64,000 bases of DNA from the NCBI GenBank assembly GCA_977016875.1, contig CDRNST010000257.1, positions 62,001 to 126,000 on the forward strand, in the 5' to 3' direction. The stretch comes from Pavona decussata. Its lineage: Eukaryota. The notes under the pieces are model-generated. The model ran no database searches. It was not told the DNA's origin and saw nothing but the letters and a program-made list of their open reading frames with translations. Positions within the stretch are counted from its first letter, which is position 1. Every line of letters starts with the position of its first letter. Below, in pieces: positions 49,753 through 62,029 of the stretch. The position numbers and the translations under genes were made by a program.

Positions 49753-51537
49753 TAGGCAGTACCTAAAGTTCTTATTTAAGAGTTTTACAAATAAAATTGA
49801 ACAATTGGTAAACGTGCCTTGCATAATTCTGTAAAATCCTGTTGATCCTTTTTGATCATTTTTTTTTTCAGACACAAAGGAAGAGAAGGCGGCAAATTCC
49901 TGAAATGGAATGGTGGGGCGACGAGGAATTCAACCCTGGAGTTCCTGTTTGGAGGGGCGAGCCACAGGTAGGGAGAGTTATTTCAATACTGTTAAGAGTA
50001 ATGATCTTGACATCCATCTTGATTCTACCCAGTAAAGATTTGGACCCTGGCTAGAGTATGGAATGGGAAAAGAATGCTTTTTATTTCCATTGATGTCAGA
50101 AATTTGAGAAAATTGCTTTTTTTTATCCCCAGTTTCATCTTTTTTGTAAAGATGATCGGGAAGAAATCATTACCATTTCAGAGGATTCAGCCGACGAAGA
50201 TAGCACGCCAAAGGAATCGAAACGACTTGAATGCGGCTAAAAGGATTAAAAGACGGCGTAATTCATCGGTACGTTTCTCGTGGCATGACATTAAATAGTA
50301 AAGTAGCGATAAAGATACAAAAATACTGAGAACGATAATAATGCAACTGTCTTGTTTTCCCTATTATAGAAAGAAGACAAGGAGAAAGATGTTGATTTGA
50401 TAGATCTGACCTTGTCGTTTGACAAGCTTAGCTCTGCTGAAAACACACCAACAAAAACAGAGCAGAATCGTCGTCCTTCAAATGCGAAAGCCAAGGATCT
50501 ATTCAATGACAAATCAAGGTAAAAGGAAGTACAATTATTAATGCTAAGAGGGTGAAGGAAAAAAATTCGAGTTTAAATCGCCATGATTTAACATGACTTG
50601 CAATCTAAGGCAAAGTTGGGCATTCAGAACTAACTTTGGTTGCAAGAAAAGGCGCTAGAAGTAAAATAGCAATTAACTCTGATCTGTTTATGACTTAAAG
50701 CATTTAAGATTGTTATCGTCAGCGTTATTGTTTCAGTACCACGGTATGCCCTGATGATCCCTTAAAAAAAGAACCAGGGAGTGATTCAGACGAAGAATTG
50801 CTACGACCTGCCTTCAGGTAAAACTGTTGCAAATTAAAATTTCAGCCAGCACATTAATCCTGTTGTGAGAGTATCTCATAGGAGGAGGAGGGGTAGAGGG
50901 CGAGTACCGGGCCTCTACCTTTTTGTAATTTGCTGGCTAAACGAGGCAACAATGTTGCGGAAATAGTTTGCGCTAGCCCATGTTTCCACGATGTGTGGAA
51001 TATTGGAAAGTAACATGAGAAAAGGGTGAGATTCCCCTTTAGCCCCCTCCACCTGCTGTCCCCCTCCCGCTGCGCTTAACCCTGAAAATGCCGAATTTGT
51101 GCACGGAAAACCACATTTTGGGCCTCAATTAGCAGTTTTCGGTCGGTATGGTGTCTATTTGTAGCGAAATGGGTAAAAATGCTATTGGCACAAAAAAGAT
51201 AAATTTTCCTTTAATCAAGAGTGAAATAGAGTTATGTCTACCCAGGGGGCTCATAGAACGGAATAGACTTGTTAAAGTAACAATTTCCTCAGCTGCCTTA
51301 GACTGGATATGAAAGTCAGAGTTGTTGATTGCAGCTTTTTGGAATACCTAGCCCCTGCAATCCAGTTCATTTAGATGGATTGTTTTAGTTTACTGGGTCA
51401 TGGATGGTCATCATACAAAGTCTATAACTTTTTTCCCATAGTACCTCAGCAGTCTCAGATGACGATCGCAAAGACGAAAGTTCACTTCAAGCTTTAATTA
51501 AAAGCAGGTATAAAAATTTAAATCTGTTATATGCAGT

Positions 51538-53457
51538 GTGCGAAGGTATCTTAGTTATCATAATAAATCAGTGACTGTTTACCACATTGGTAATCACACA
51601 TGCCCTGTCAAAGACAGCCTCCGAAAAAAGGACATCACGAGCATCGAACAGATTATACGGAATCAACCAAAAATCAAGCCCTTCGAGGTACAGTCGGCGT
51701 TCGTCATGTTCGCATTTCAACAGCAAATGGATTGGAACGCTGTCGAAAGAGAGGCCAGTGCTGTATTGGATAAGAAACGCGTATCCAACATGAAACAGAA
51801 ACTGAAGAAGGATATAGAGCCGTTTGGCCACAACTTTGAGGCGGTTGTCCCTTTTAAAGAGTATGCAGATAAAAAAGACCCCTTATATGTGTACAAAATT
51901 AATGACAGGAGGGGAAACCCGAACATGCCATCCTTTGTCTTCAAGACGAGCACGACGAAAATGAAAATGGCATTAAACATGGACAAAAATGGGGACCATT
52001 TTCTGAGCAAAGAATTTTCTTTTTTTGACGGAAAAAGGAAACCGTGCAATGGGTTTATCACACTAACAGCCAGTGTGTATCATCCCTTGCTGCGGAAGCA
52101 GATACCACTGGCTACAATGGAGGCAGAAACCGAGGACACCGTAAACGTCGAACTTTTCTGGCGTTTATTTAATGAAGCCTTCAGGAAAATGGCCGGTTCG
52201 GATCGTGCTAAATTTAACCCAATAGGTTGGTGTAGCGACATGGCAGGCGCTAATTTAGCAGGAATTTCAAAGGTTTTTGGGGATGACGCCGAAATCAAAT
52301 CGTGTGAGTTTCACTTCAAAGACCACAGAAACAAAAAAGCTCAAAAACTTGACAGTGAGAGCAGTGACGAGTTCAAACAACTGTGTGACAGGCTGTTACT
52401 ATGCACAACCGTTGCTGGATACCAGGCCGCCAAATCTCATATGGACTTATTTATGGGGGCCGATGATAGCAGGGCTTTCCTGACAAGCTGGGTATCGTGG
52501 TGGCATGAGTGCCGTCGGTTCATTTTCCGTGCATTCACCAACCCCAGTGCACCGCAAATAAACCAGGCTGAAGTGATTCACGCTGGTTGGGCTCACTGAG
52601 ACCACCAAAATTTGTCTCTAATGGACGTGTGTCAAGCAGACACACGAGACGCTTTGTTGCTTGATGTGGAGACCAAAGCATACTTGACCGGCGCTACACC
52701 AGGAGGAAAAGGTCCTTCCTTTGCTGACCGAGCACGTAAGAAACATGAAGCAGAAGTTCGGAGGGCACAGTCAACAGGGAAGGAGATGTTTTCCTCTTCA
52801 GAAGGCATGCTCATTGATGCAGGTTCCTCACACAAACCACCTTCCGGAAAAAGAAGGCAACTAAATCAAAGGGTCCAGCTTTACCATCGCCACAGGTAAC
52901 CAATCAAAGCGTAAATCCTCTGCCTACTTGGCAGACGAGCTACCCTGCTACCCACAGCGCTGCCAAAATGATGCAGCCGCGGATGCAGACGTTACCTCAA
53001 CCCCCTGTGTTTCCTCAACCGCCCGCGTATCCTCAACTACCTTTTCCTCAGCTGCATCCCCCTCTACCGTCTTTCACTCAATCACCAATGCCCTGTGCCG
53101 GCTTACAGCCCTCATGGAATTCTAGCATGTCACCAAGTAACTACGAGCTGGTCATCATGCCTCCAACAGTAAGAAAATGCTATGGGTGTGGGGACGACGA
53201 TAAATACAAAACTCCACCTTGTAATATTATAAAACATGTAGACAAAAGGGTCACCGGAAAAGATTCTACAACAGGTCAGCCAATTACACATGCAGGACTA
53301 TTCAAACACATATTATCATCCTATAGCGACCCATATAACCAGAAAAAATCCACTTTTTTCTGGCCAAGTTTACCTCAGGTATGAGCTTTACACATCATTG
53401 GATAATGCCCAGCGCAATTACATCAACACGCTTCATAGCCTAAATATTTTAAAGTAA
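51538..53457 (+). pseudogene. MULE DDE transposase with a Pro/Gln-rich linker and C-terminal Cys/His finger
   Basis: GNHTC; FFDG (D); WCSDMA (D); CEFH (CxxH); NQAEVIH (E). TGA at 52597 likely arose from CGA. Later VRKCYGC...YYH..H. Short upstream exons at 49870-51510. Confidence 0.85.
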
Positions 53458-54155
53458 CCTTTTAATTGAATGGGCGCAAGTGCCGCTTGCAACATAGGTA
53501 ATGCTTCTCGGGCAGTACACCACCACAGCCCAAGCTTTATTTCTCTCAAAGCATATTAGGAGTACCCAATTAAATTCTTAAAATGAATTGACCTTGTTTA
53601 GTAACGCTTATTGTTATGCTTATTCAGTTGCGAGGTATTTTTTCCGGAACAATCGAAAATGTGGTGGGTCTCGGATATATACCCCGTAACCTGGATATCT
53701 TTGAATAGGACAATGTTTTGATCTTTTCCCTTACTCCTCTTTACTTCGCTTTTAAATTGCCGGAGACAGGTTGAGAGACTTTGAACCAATGGCTTGAATT
53801 ACGTGTTAGTGCTTGCTATAGTTGTTTGGGTGAATGCGGCATTTGATATTTGTCTTTATTATATTGTTATCGTCGAGTTTTCCATGTTTTTGTTTTACAG
53901 GCGCGAATGCGTATAATCGCCCTGACCCAAGTCTCACATAGGATTATACTAGCCATTTTACTACACGGCTCCTGCTGCCATAACCTGTTATACGGTTGGA
54001 AGGTCTATAAAAAGGGCATATATCTATAGTAAATGTTTCTGTTGGTTACTGATCTGCGCCGTGATTTATGACTAATAATAAATATCAAATGACTCATTGA
54101 GAACTATACAGAAAACTTGTGTCAATTATTTTATTAGTGCAACGTAAAAACAAAA

Positions 54156-54237
54156 TAGCCTGTGTATACATCTGTTCCTGGACTCAGTATTAGTATTATT
54201 TGTATAACTGAGGCCAGGAACGGATGTACACAGGCTA
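54156..54237. mobile_element. 82-bp AcademH-type mini-MITE
   Basis: TAGCCTGTGTA..CATC.GTTCCTGG / CCAGGAACGGATGTACACAGGCTA. Flanked on both sides by AAACAAAA. Confidence 0.75.
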
Positions 54238-56001
54238 AAACAAAAAGGGAAAAAATCCGATAGTAATCGATAGCAATCGATGAATCAGTGGTCATCAATT
54301 TCCGATGAATCCATATGAATCGAATTCACATCGTTTTATCTTTATCGATTTCTATTAATTGCCGATACCAATCGATATCAATCTTTGATTGTTATCCATT
54401 GATATCGATATTGATATTGATATTGATATTGAGGGTTATTCTGTCAAATCTTTTCATAAGCAAATGAATCATTAGACAAAAAAAACCACTGGGTTTCTGC
54501 TCTGAATAAACAATATTGGTTTAAAACTTGAGTGTTACAACGATACGTAACAGCATCTTCAGCGTTCGCGTTACCTTCTTCTATAATTCGAATTCGCGGC
54601 CCGGAAAAAAAATAATATAACCGTAAGAATAGAAAGGGCCAGATTCTGATGCTCAGCACGACGGAGAGTCCGTGGGAATGTAACGTGAGTTTTTGACAAA
54701 CAAAAATATGACCCAAATGAGGCAAAAACAGGTACCGGAAACTCGAGCCTGTGAACTTTTGAGTTGACGAAGTTCAGAAATAATTTGAAAATAATTTTGA
54801 ATAATTTTTCGACCCTCGACCATTTACCCTCGACTAGTTACCCTCGACCCTCGACCAAAAGGCAAACTCATTGATAGTTGTTTACCTGCTTAAAAGGAAA
54901 AGAAAATTAACAACACAAAATAGATGCATTATACAAAAAAAAAAGGATTAAAAAGGAAAATAAATGAATAGATAAATCACCTTAATGACTAATTATTATT
55001 TAGAAAGTTAAGTGCAAGCTAACTAAGTAGTGACATAAGATTGATACAAGTAACAGCGTTCATATCAACATACACCTTCTCAGTCTCCAAAACCTTTAAG
55101 AGCAATTCATGCAGTTTACGCTTGAAAAGTGTTTTACATAACTCACGTAGTTGAGGAGGAATTTTATTCCAAATTCTCGTTCCAATTCTAGAAAAGGACA
55201 GCAGCTGTTTATTGAGTCTTGACATGAAAATTACCTGACGCTGAAAATCTAGTGTAGTGAGAATGGATCTGGTCAGAACGAGTGAACAGTTCAGAGATTT
55301 TTGGAGGAGCACAATGGCTAAAAATATCACGCATTATAGTAACAATATGTTTAAAATAGAGCATATTCAGAGGCAAAAGACCGGAGCTGACAAACAGAGG
55401 GATGGCGTGAGTTCTACTATCAGAAAAGTACATCAGACGAAGGACTCGTTTTTGCAGCAGAAGAATTTTGTTTAGATGAGAAGCAGAAGCTTGTCCCCAG
55501 GCAGCTAATCCATAAGAGATGTAAGGTTCAATCAGGGAACAATAGATTCTTAAAAGGGTACTTGTAGGCAGAAAATGCCTAAGCCTCAAAATGATCCCAA
55601 CATCTTGACTTATTTTCGATGAAATATAGTCTATGTGGTATCACCAGGAGAGGTTATTGTCAACCAGAATACCTAAATATTTTACTTAGTTTCTATGTTC
55701 GAGAGAAGTCATTTTGTTGAAGTCGTTATCATATAATATTAAGTTTACGTCGTAATGAACCTTGCGTTGATCAGGGTAAAAAAATAACAAAATTGGATTT
55801 ACCAGTGTTTAGCGATAGTTTATTTGCGTTTAATTCAATTCAATTCAGCATTAACAACTAGCTCAAGTGATCTACGATTTTTGTCTGCATGTAAAAGATT
55901 AGTATCATCAGCGAATAAGTAAAAGTTGAGTTTATGAGAAGCTTGATAAATATCATTTATATAAATGAAGAAAAGTAATGGCCCTAGGACAGAGCCTTGA
56001 G

Positions 56002-57375
56002 TAGCCTGCGAACAGCAGACGTATTTCTGGTTGTACCTCCGAAAAATAATGTCTATGATCTCGAGCTCCGAAACAATTTCCGTGACGTCATTTCTTTTCT
56101 TCTTTACTCGACCAATGAAATTAAGTGATCATCATTTGGTCCTTTTCCCTTTAAGGGAAATGGGGCCTTGAAATTAAGTGATAGAAAGATGTTATTGATA
56201 ACACGTGCGAAATCGCAAGGAGCAACAACTGTAAGTAGCCATGAGTGCGGAAACGCCGAAAAAAGTTACCTCGGCCGAAGGAGATTGTTTTTCGTGTAAG
56301 GATAAAATACCCAGTCTGAAGGGGAAAGTGAAGATCTTTGGCAAGAGTGAACTGGAGATTGGTGCAGTAATTCATCGCTCACTTGGAGTCGATTTGTCTG
56401 TTTACATCGGCAGCGAGAACCTCCTAATGTGTCGCTTGTGTTATAACATGTTGAATGCCTACAGCAAGGCCTCAAAAAATCAACCAGATCATCGATGGTA
56501 TCAAGAAGAAATTTGAAAATAACGGACCTCTCAGTATCAAAAGATTATCGAAAGATTCAACAAAACCGACTCAAAAATTAAAATCGAACCTCAGGCTTCA
56601 AACGGACTTTATAAGACCAGGACAATGGCGACAACACAGTAAATGATGTTTTCTGATGTTGATGTGCTTTTAACAAAACGTTTAAGTGATGATTTGAACC
56701 AGGATTCTGTAGCTTCTGTAATTTTCATCGCAAACGTGCCCGAATTTACTGCAAGTGATCGCTTTGAACAAACACGGAGTGTCTTCAAATTTTACATGCG
56801 TGCATGTTTGCACGCACACAAAAAAACTGAAAGGTTTTTGCCTCTAATAGGAAATTCATTGTTTATTTCAATAAAATGTTTTGTTGGAAAAGCTCTTTGC
56901 TGATTTTTGTGTCTGTGAATTCATATATGCGTTTGAGAAGCGACAGATGCATAGTCAAGGACAATTTGCATAAGCAGGCTGAAATCAACATGCCATGAAT
57001 TTTAGCAATTTTTGCGTTCAAGCGTGTTTTTCGGCAAATGATTACATGTGATAGGTAACCATATTATTTTACGTCAGAAAACATTTGTTTAATCATTCCA
57101 GTTTAATATGCAGTTAATTTTGGAAGCCAGCAATATTAATTTATCTACTGCGCATTTTAGTGAGTTAAACCGCTCTCCCCATCTTCCGCCATTTTGTTTT
57201 TCTCGCGGACATCGAGATCCCCACGTAAAGCCCATGCGTGTTCGCTCCACAAACAGAAGAGCCGAATTCTGATTGGTGAAGAACTATTGACGTCACGGAA
57301 ATCATTTCAGAGCTCGAGATCGTAGAAGTTATTTTCGGAGGTACGACTGGAAATACGTCTGCTGTCCGCAGGCTA
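56002..57375. mobile_element. Non-autonomous AcademH-type element with a Zn-finger ORF
   Basis: TIR TAGCCTGCG.ACAGCAGACGTATTTC / GAAATACGTCTGCTGT.CGCAGGCTA, with ~100-bp imperfect extension. Exact 9-bp TSD AGCCTTGAG (55993-56001, 57376-84) inside the LINE GVPQG motif. ORF 56241 has CFSC...CRLC. Confidence 0.9.
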
Positions 57376-58103
57376 AGCCTTGAGGAACTCCAAATAATAT
57401 TTCATCTTTGCCAGAAATATCAGAACCAATTTGAGTTGTCTGAGTCCTATCAGATAGATACGAAGAAAACCAATCATCGATAACCCAGTGTATACCAGTA
57501 ATGCAATTTGCACAAAATGCTTTGATGAATGGTGTCAAAGGCCTTTTTTAGATCAATAAAGACGCCACACTAATACAATCCTTCGTCCATATTGTTTTGT
57601 ATCTAACTGACAATATCGAGGATTGCATGTTGGGTAGAAAAATTTTCTCGGAAACCATCCTGTGATTTGAATAAGATGTGGTGTTTTTCAATGAAAGACG
57701 TGAGTCGCTTATGCATGAGTCTTTCAAATAGACGATTGAACCCATAGTAATGACATCGGCCGATAATTGCTTAGCTCAGTCTCGTCACCTGTCTTGAACA
57801 CTGGAATTATTTTCGCATACTTTAATTTGGAAGGATGATCACTGGTTTGCATTGACAAGTTTATTATAGTAGCCTGGATGTCAGATAAGATTAAAATACG
57901 AATAGGGCAAGAGTACAAGCCATATGCTTTGTTCAGAGGTGTTGATAATATCTCAGATTCAATTTCAACAGAAGTAACAGGATGGAAGAAGAAGGAGTTT
58001 GGATACACTTGATCACTAATATAATTGCTAAAGTGCCGACTAGTGGAAGGTACATCATCTGCAAGCTTTTTGCCTACCGATGTGAAATGGCGATTAAGAA
58101 TAA

Positions 58104-59594
58104 GTATCCTCTGTCCTTCCGACCGGCTGTGAAAAATTGTTGATCTTTCAACTTGTGCTGATTTTCTGCTCGTACCTTCATGATCAAGGTTTTAAATACC
58201 CAAAGAATGCTACACTGGTTGTTGTTTGCCGGCTAAGTGCTCTGATCAAGTCACATATTCAAGAGCTTGCCGATTTCAGGGGAAAAGGGAAACGAAGAAG
58301 CAAAGAAAGCTGCATTCAGGGAGTGTTTCTTCAGGATTGGTGATGTGCGCTCACTGCTACCCCAAGGAACACCTGTCCTCGCCTTAACAGGCACAGCCAC
58401 TGAGGAAGTCATTGAGGACACCCAGAAAGGCTTGTCCATGAAAGCCGATACCCACATAATTCGTGTTAGTCCTGATCGGCCCAACATTTATCTCTACAAC
58501 CACAAGTTCGACAAAGACCTTTCAAGTACATTTGCATGGCTTATAGATATGCTGAAAACAAAGGCTGACAAGACTCCGAGAACTACTGTGTTTTGCAAAT
58601 CACAGAGAGACTGTGGAAAGCTTTTCAAACATTTTAAATATGAACTTGGCAAGTTAGCCTACTTCCCCACAGGATCTGAAGACATTTCTGCAAACATGCT
58701 AATTGGCATGTACAATACAAAAACTCTACAGCACCACAAAGAACGTGTGTCTGCCTCATTATTTGAGGACGAGGGAGTTTGCTGAGTCCTGTTTGCATTA
58801 ACAGCCCTTGGAATGGGTGTAAACTTGCGCGATGTACGCCAAGTCATCCACTATGGTCCATCCCGTCAAGTGGATGATTTCGTACAAGAGATGGGGAGAG
58901 CTGGCCGGGATGGCAAGCCAGCCAAGTCTCTCTTGTTCTTCACTGGCCATCAACTAAAGACGTGTGAAGATACAATGAAACTCTATGCAAACGGCAATGA
59001 TTGCCTCCATAAAGTGCTTCTAGCCAAATTTGGAGCAACAGCATCGTCCACTAATGTCGCACACGACTGTTGTGTGATTTGCCATGCAGCGTGCAAATGC
59101 CTTGGGACAGTTGTGAAGTGGAACTATCAGTCTACGTCTCAGTTCATTCTCCTGCCACCAATTTGCAGGGGCATAAGACATGAAGTGTTGAGCAATACCA
59201 GAAGGAAGAACGTAAGGAACTTTTAGAGGACCACAAGGAAGAACTAAACAAGAGATGTGCTGGCTATGTTCTGTCGTCTCAGACAACAACTGGTTTCTCT
59301 AATACGCTGATAAAGCCTGTATTAAGAACTTGAAATTACATTTTTACTGTTGATGATGTGATTAGTTCGAACCCTGTGTTCAAAAGGCAACATGCAGTAG
59401 ACATTTTGTACATGATCAGAGATGTATTTGAAGATTTTGAATTAGACATGTCTTGTGACTTAAACTGTGAGGACGATTCGTCCTGGAACTTTGATCTTGG
59501 GTATGGTGGAATCTATGAAAACGGTTCTTTGGCTGATGAACATTCTGGTACCTCCAGTGACTCAGAACTGTCAGGTGTCATGGAGTTCGAGTAA
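58104..59594 (+). pseudogene. RecQ-family helicase of AcademH (degenerate)
   Basis: Motif I VLPTG.EK, Ia VVVCRLSALI, III LALTGTAT, IV TVFCKS, V ALGMGVN, VI QEMGRAGRDG, RQC-like C...CCVIC and an acidic tail. The motif II region is deleted; stops and frameshifts present. Confidence 0.88.
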
Positions 59595-59825
59595 GGGGGT
59601 GCAAACATCGTGAACACTTCTTATACCAGTGATGATGATTTCACATCACTTTCAACATGTGTGACATGCCAGTATGTGTTGTGGGAAGTTATTTATTTTT
59701 ATTTTTTATCAACGTTGATGTCCTTGTGACAAAATGTAAATATCATTTATTACATTTAATTAAATATATAATTAAATATCTCTGAGAAATTTGGCTTGTC
59801 GAAGCAAAGAAAGTATTACTTTACA

Positions 59826-59964
59826 TCATATAGATAAGGGAAAAACCTCATTTGCAGTTACTTGAAACACACTTTTATATTCACGACTACAAAAGTTATT
59901 TCGTTGATAGACCTCGTCAGTAAGTTGAAAGTAAACGCAAATGAGGTTTTTCCTTATCTATATG
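59826..59964. mobile_element. Short palindromic MITE
   Basis: TCATATAGATAAGG.AAAAACCTCATTTGC / GCAAATGAGGTTTTTCCTTATCTATATGA. Confidence 0.65.
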
Positions 59965-60025
59965 ACAATTAAATATAAAAGTGTAAAAAAGTAGTAATTA
60001 TATTCACTGCATAAGTATGTTACTC

Positions 60026-60108
60026 CAGGGGTAGTCAGTCGATATCAATCGATAGTAATAAATAACAATCGAAGATTGATATTGATTTCTATCAATTGAC
60101 TACCCCTG
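60026..60108. mobile_element. Internally deleted hAT-like MITE (related ATCGAT-rich remnant at 54255-54435)
   Basis: CAGGGGTAGTCA...TGACTACCCCTG. The TSD is not clean. Confidence 0.5.
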
Positions 60109-60800
60109 ATATTACCAAATAGACATTGCAGTATGATACAAGTAAACAACACAATAGTATGAAAACCTCTTTGGTGAATAATAATTGGTAGTTTTTAGTT
60201 CCTATGAAACAATAAATGTCGTAGAATGAATTACTTACATTCATTTCCAGTTGTAACAATGGGGAAAAACCAGACCCATCTCCCCAGCCAAACTCTGGCA
60301 TAGCAAATCTCATTATGTACAAATTGTAACCAAAACCATTTTTCATTTGAGGCAATGACCAAGCATTTGTTTCGCATTTTTTGGCGGGAAAAATTTCTGA
60401 CCCTTCTTAATTCAATTATACATATACAACTCCCCCATATAGGCCCATCCTACATGTCATATAGAAATTTGAAGAGTCTGAGAGAAATAAACATTCCCAA
60501 TCACATCTTATTGAGATCATTGCCCAACTGTAATAAAGTTTTCAAAGAATCGCCCCTGGTATCAAAAGAGGGTGTTCACTGAAAGATGTACATGTAAGGG
60601 CTAAACTTTGTATTGAGGGTGCCATATTAATTCATTGTGAAAAAATTAGCCAATCTGACAGTCTTGAGCCCCCATCATCCTTTGTCAAAACCCTCTACAT
60701 AAATAGTGACCGGTCCCTAAAAAGATTAAATGCTATAATGGATCAGAGAAAAACAATAAAGAACTAGTCACAAAATGAAGCCCTAATTATAATGTAAATT

Positions 60801-61973
60801 TTACAAGGACTCCATTTTGTGAAGTTCTTTCGCTTTCTCGCTGATCCACTCGTTAAGTTTTGCCAAATCCAACCCTTTAATTAAACTGTCACGAAAGTTC
60901 CCACACACATGGTATCTTCGTCCAGGCTCAGGAACGAACTTAAACATCATTCCTTTCTCATCAACCAGGAGACGAAACTTAGATTCCCGTTTCTGTACCT
61001 TGTAATGACCACCTGAGCTTTCTACCAGCAAGTGTTCATCCATTGCATCGAGCAGGCGATTTACATGACAAACGGACTTGCTACAACCTGTGGTAGCACT
61101 CTTTGTAATGTTAGGTCGAAGATGTTAGAAGTTCTTTGATTAAATTGATTAAATGTTCCATTCTCAGATCCATAGAAACGTTTTTGCCAGCTCCTCCCTT
61201 GGTGCTTACTGTTCTGTTCCACAATAAAAACTCTCAGCTTCTCTTGGAGTGAGCATTGCCATGATGTCTGTAGATGCAAAGCTGCCAGCGCATACTGGTT
61301 ATGATCGAAAGCTGGGTAGATGAGCATGGCAAACTTCCAACAGCAAATGATGCGTTTTCCATCCCCCTCCTTGACTGCATCGTCAAAGTTCCATTACAGA
61401 AAACCCATGGACAGGCGCAAGGTTGCATATCGGTATCTGTCATCTCTTGGTTTTTCTTTAGGCCCACTGTCACCATCTGCATTTGCACCATCCTGGGGGG
61501 GAGTATCATTCTCTTCAGTCTGTATTGATTCAGGGTGTACTCTGTTCTCATGATGCCTTGGCATGCTTCTACTGCTTTTCGCACACTCAATATAGATACA
61601 CTTTAGGACGGTTTGCTTCTGCAACATGCTCTCTGATGTGCTCATGTTCAGATGTCTGATCTGACATAAACTTTGATACCATGTGCTTGACATGGCCATG
61701 AAACCATAGCCTCCTCTTCTCCTTTGATGACTTCAAGATGTCTGGTGGGATAACAGAGTCAACGTTGTCATCAAGTCTGGACATCCCAAAGCATGTCAAG
61801 GCTGTTGCAGTGATCAGTACATCTGTTTCAACATTGACATAGTCCTTGCACTGATTGAAGTTGTCAAGGACATTATTTGTCTTGGCATTGTAATTGTTGA
61901 TAACATTCATGTTTGCACACATTGTCCTGATGTCACTTGCAGAAGAGGCCTTAAAGAAGATGTCATACAAGAT
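60801..61973 (-). pseudogene. AcademH transposase, C-terminal part (DUF6589-like)
   Basis: YATLRLSMGFL*WNFDDAVKEGDGKRIICCWKFAML..HNQYALAALHLQ, a C2H2-like remnant, then SGGHYK..FKFVPEPGRRY. Convergent with the RecQ gene. The upstream intron holds the Gypsy insertion. Confidence 0.7.
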
Positions 61974-62029
61974 CTGTGAATTGAAAACATACATATTATA
62001 TATGGTTAAAGATGTTAAAGAGGTCCCAC

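Larger units (their letters stand above)
40997..54869 (+). mobile_element. MuDR/Mutator DNA transposon with long TIRs and an OTU domain
   Basis: ~300-bp TIRs GAGTTTGC.TTTTGGTCG(AGGGTCG)n... / ...CGACCAAAAGGCAAACTC. 8-bp TSD ATTGATAG at 40989-96 and 54870-77. MULE transposase inside. Confidence 0.92.
40901..58103 (-). mobile_element. 5'-truncated CR1/L2-group LINE inserted in the AcademH helicase, itself split by a MuDR and an AcademH-type MITE
   Basis: RT motifs on the minus strand at 58100-55019: FFFHPVT, KIIPVFKTG..NYRPMSLL, GVPQG|SVLGPLLF, YLFADDTN (~55905), LQKRVLR. The 3' UTR continues across the MuDR TSD to AATAAA-(TTG)n at ~40920-40940. GTAT is repeated at 40897-900 and 58104-107. Confidence 0.85.

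Noticed and set aside
58104-59594. Host RecQ/WRN/BLM gene
   Set aside because: It is compact and degenerate, starts just inside a transposon-like end and is convergent with a transposase-like gene.
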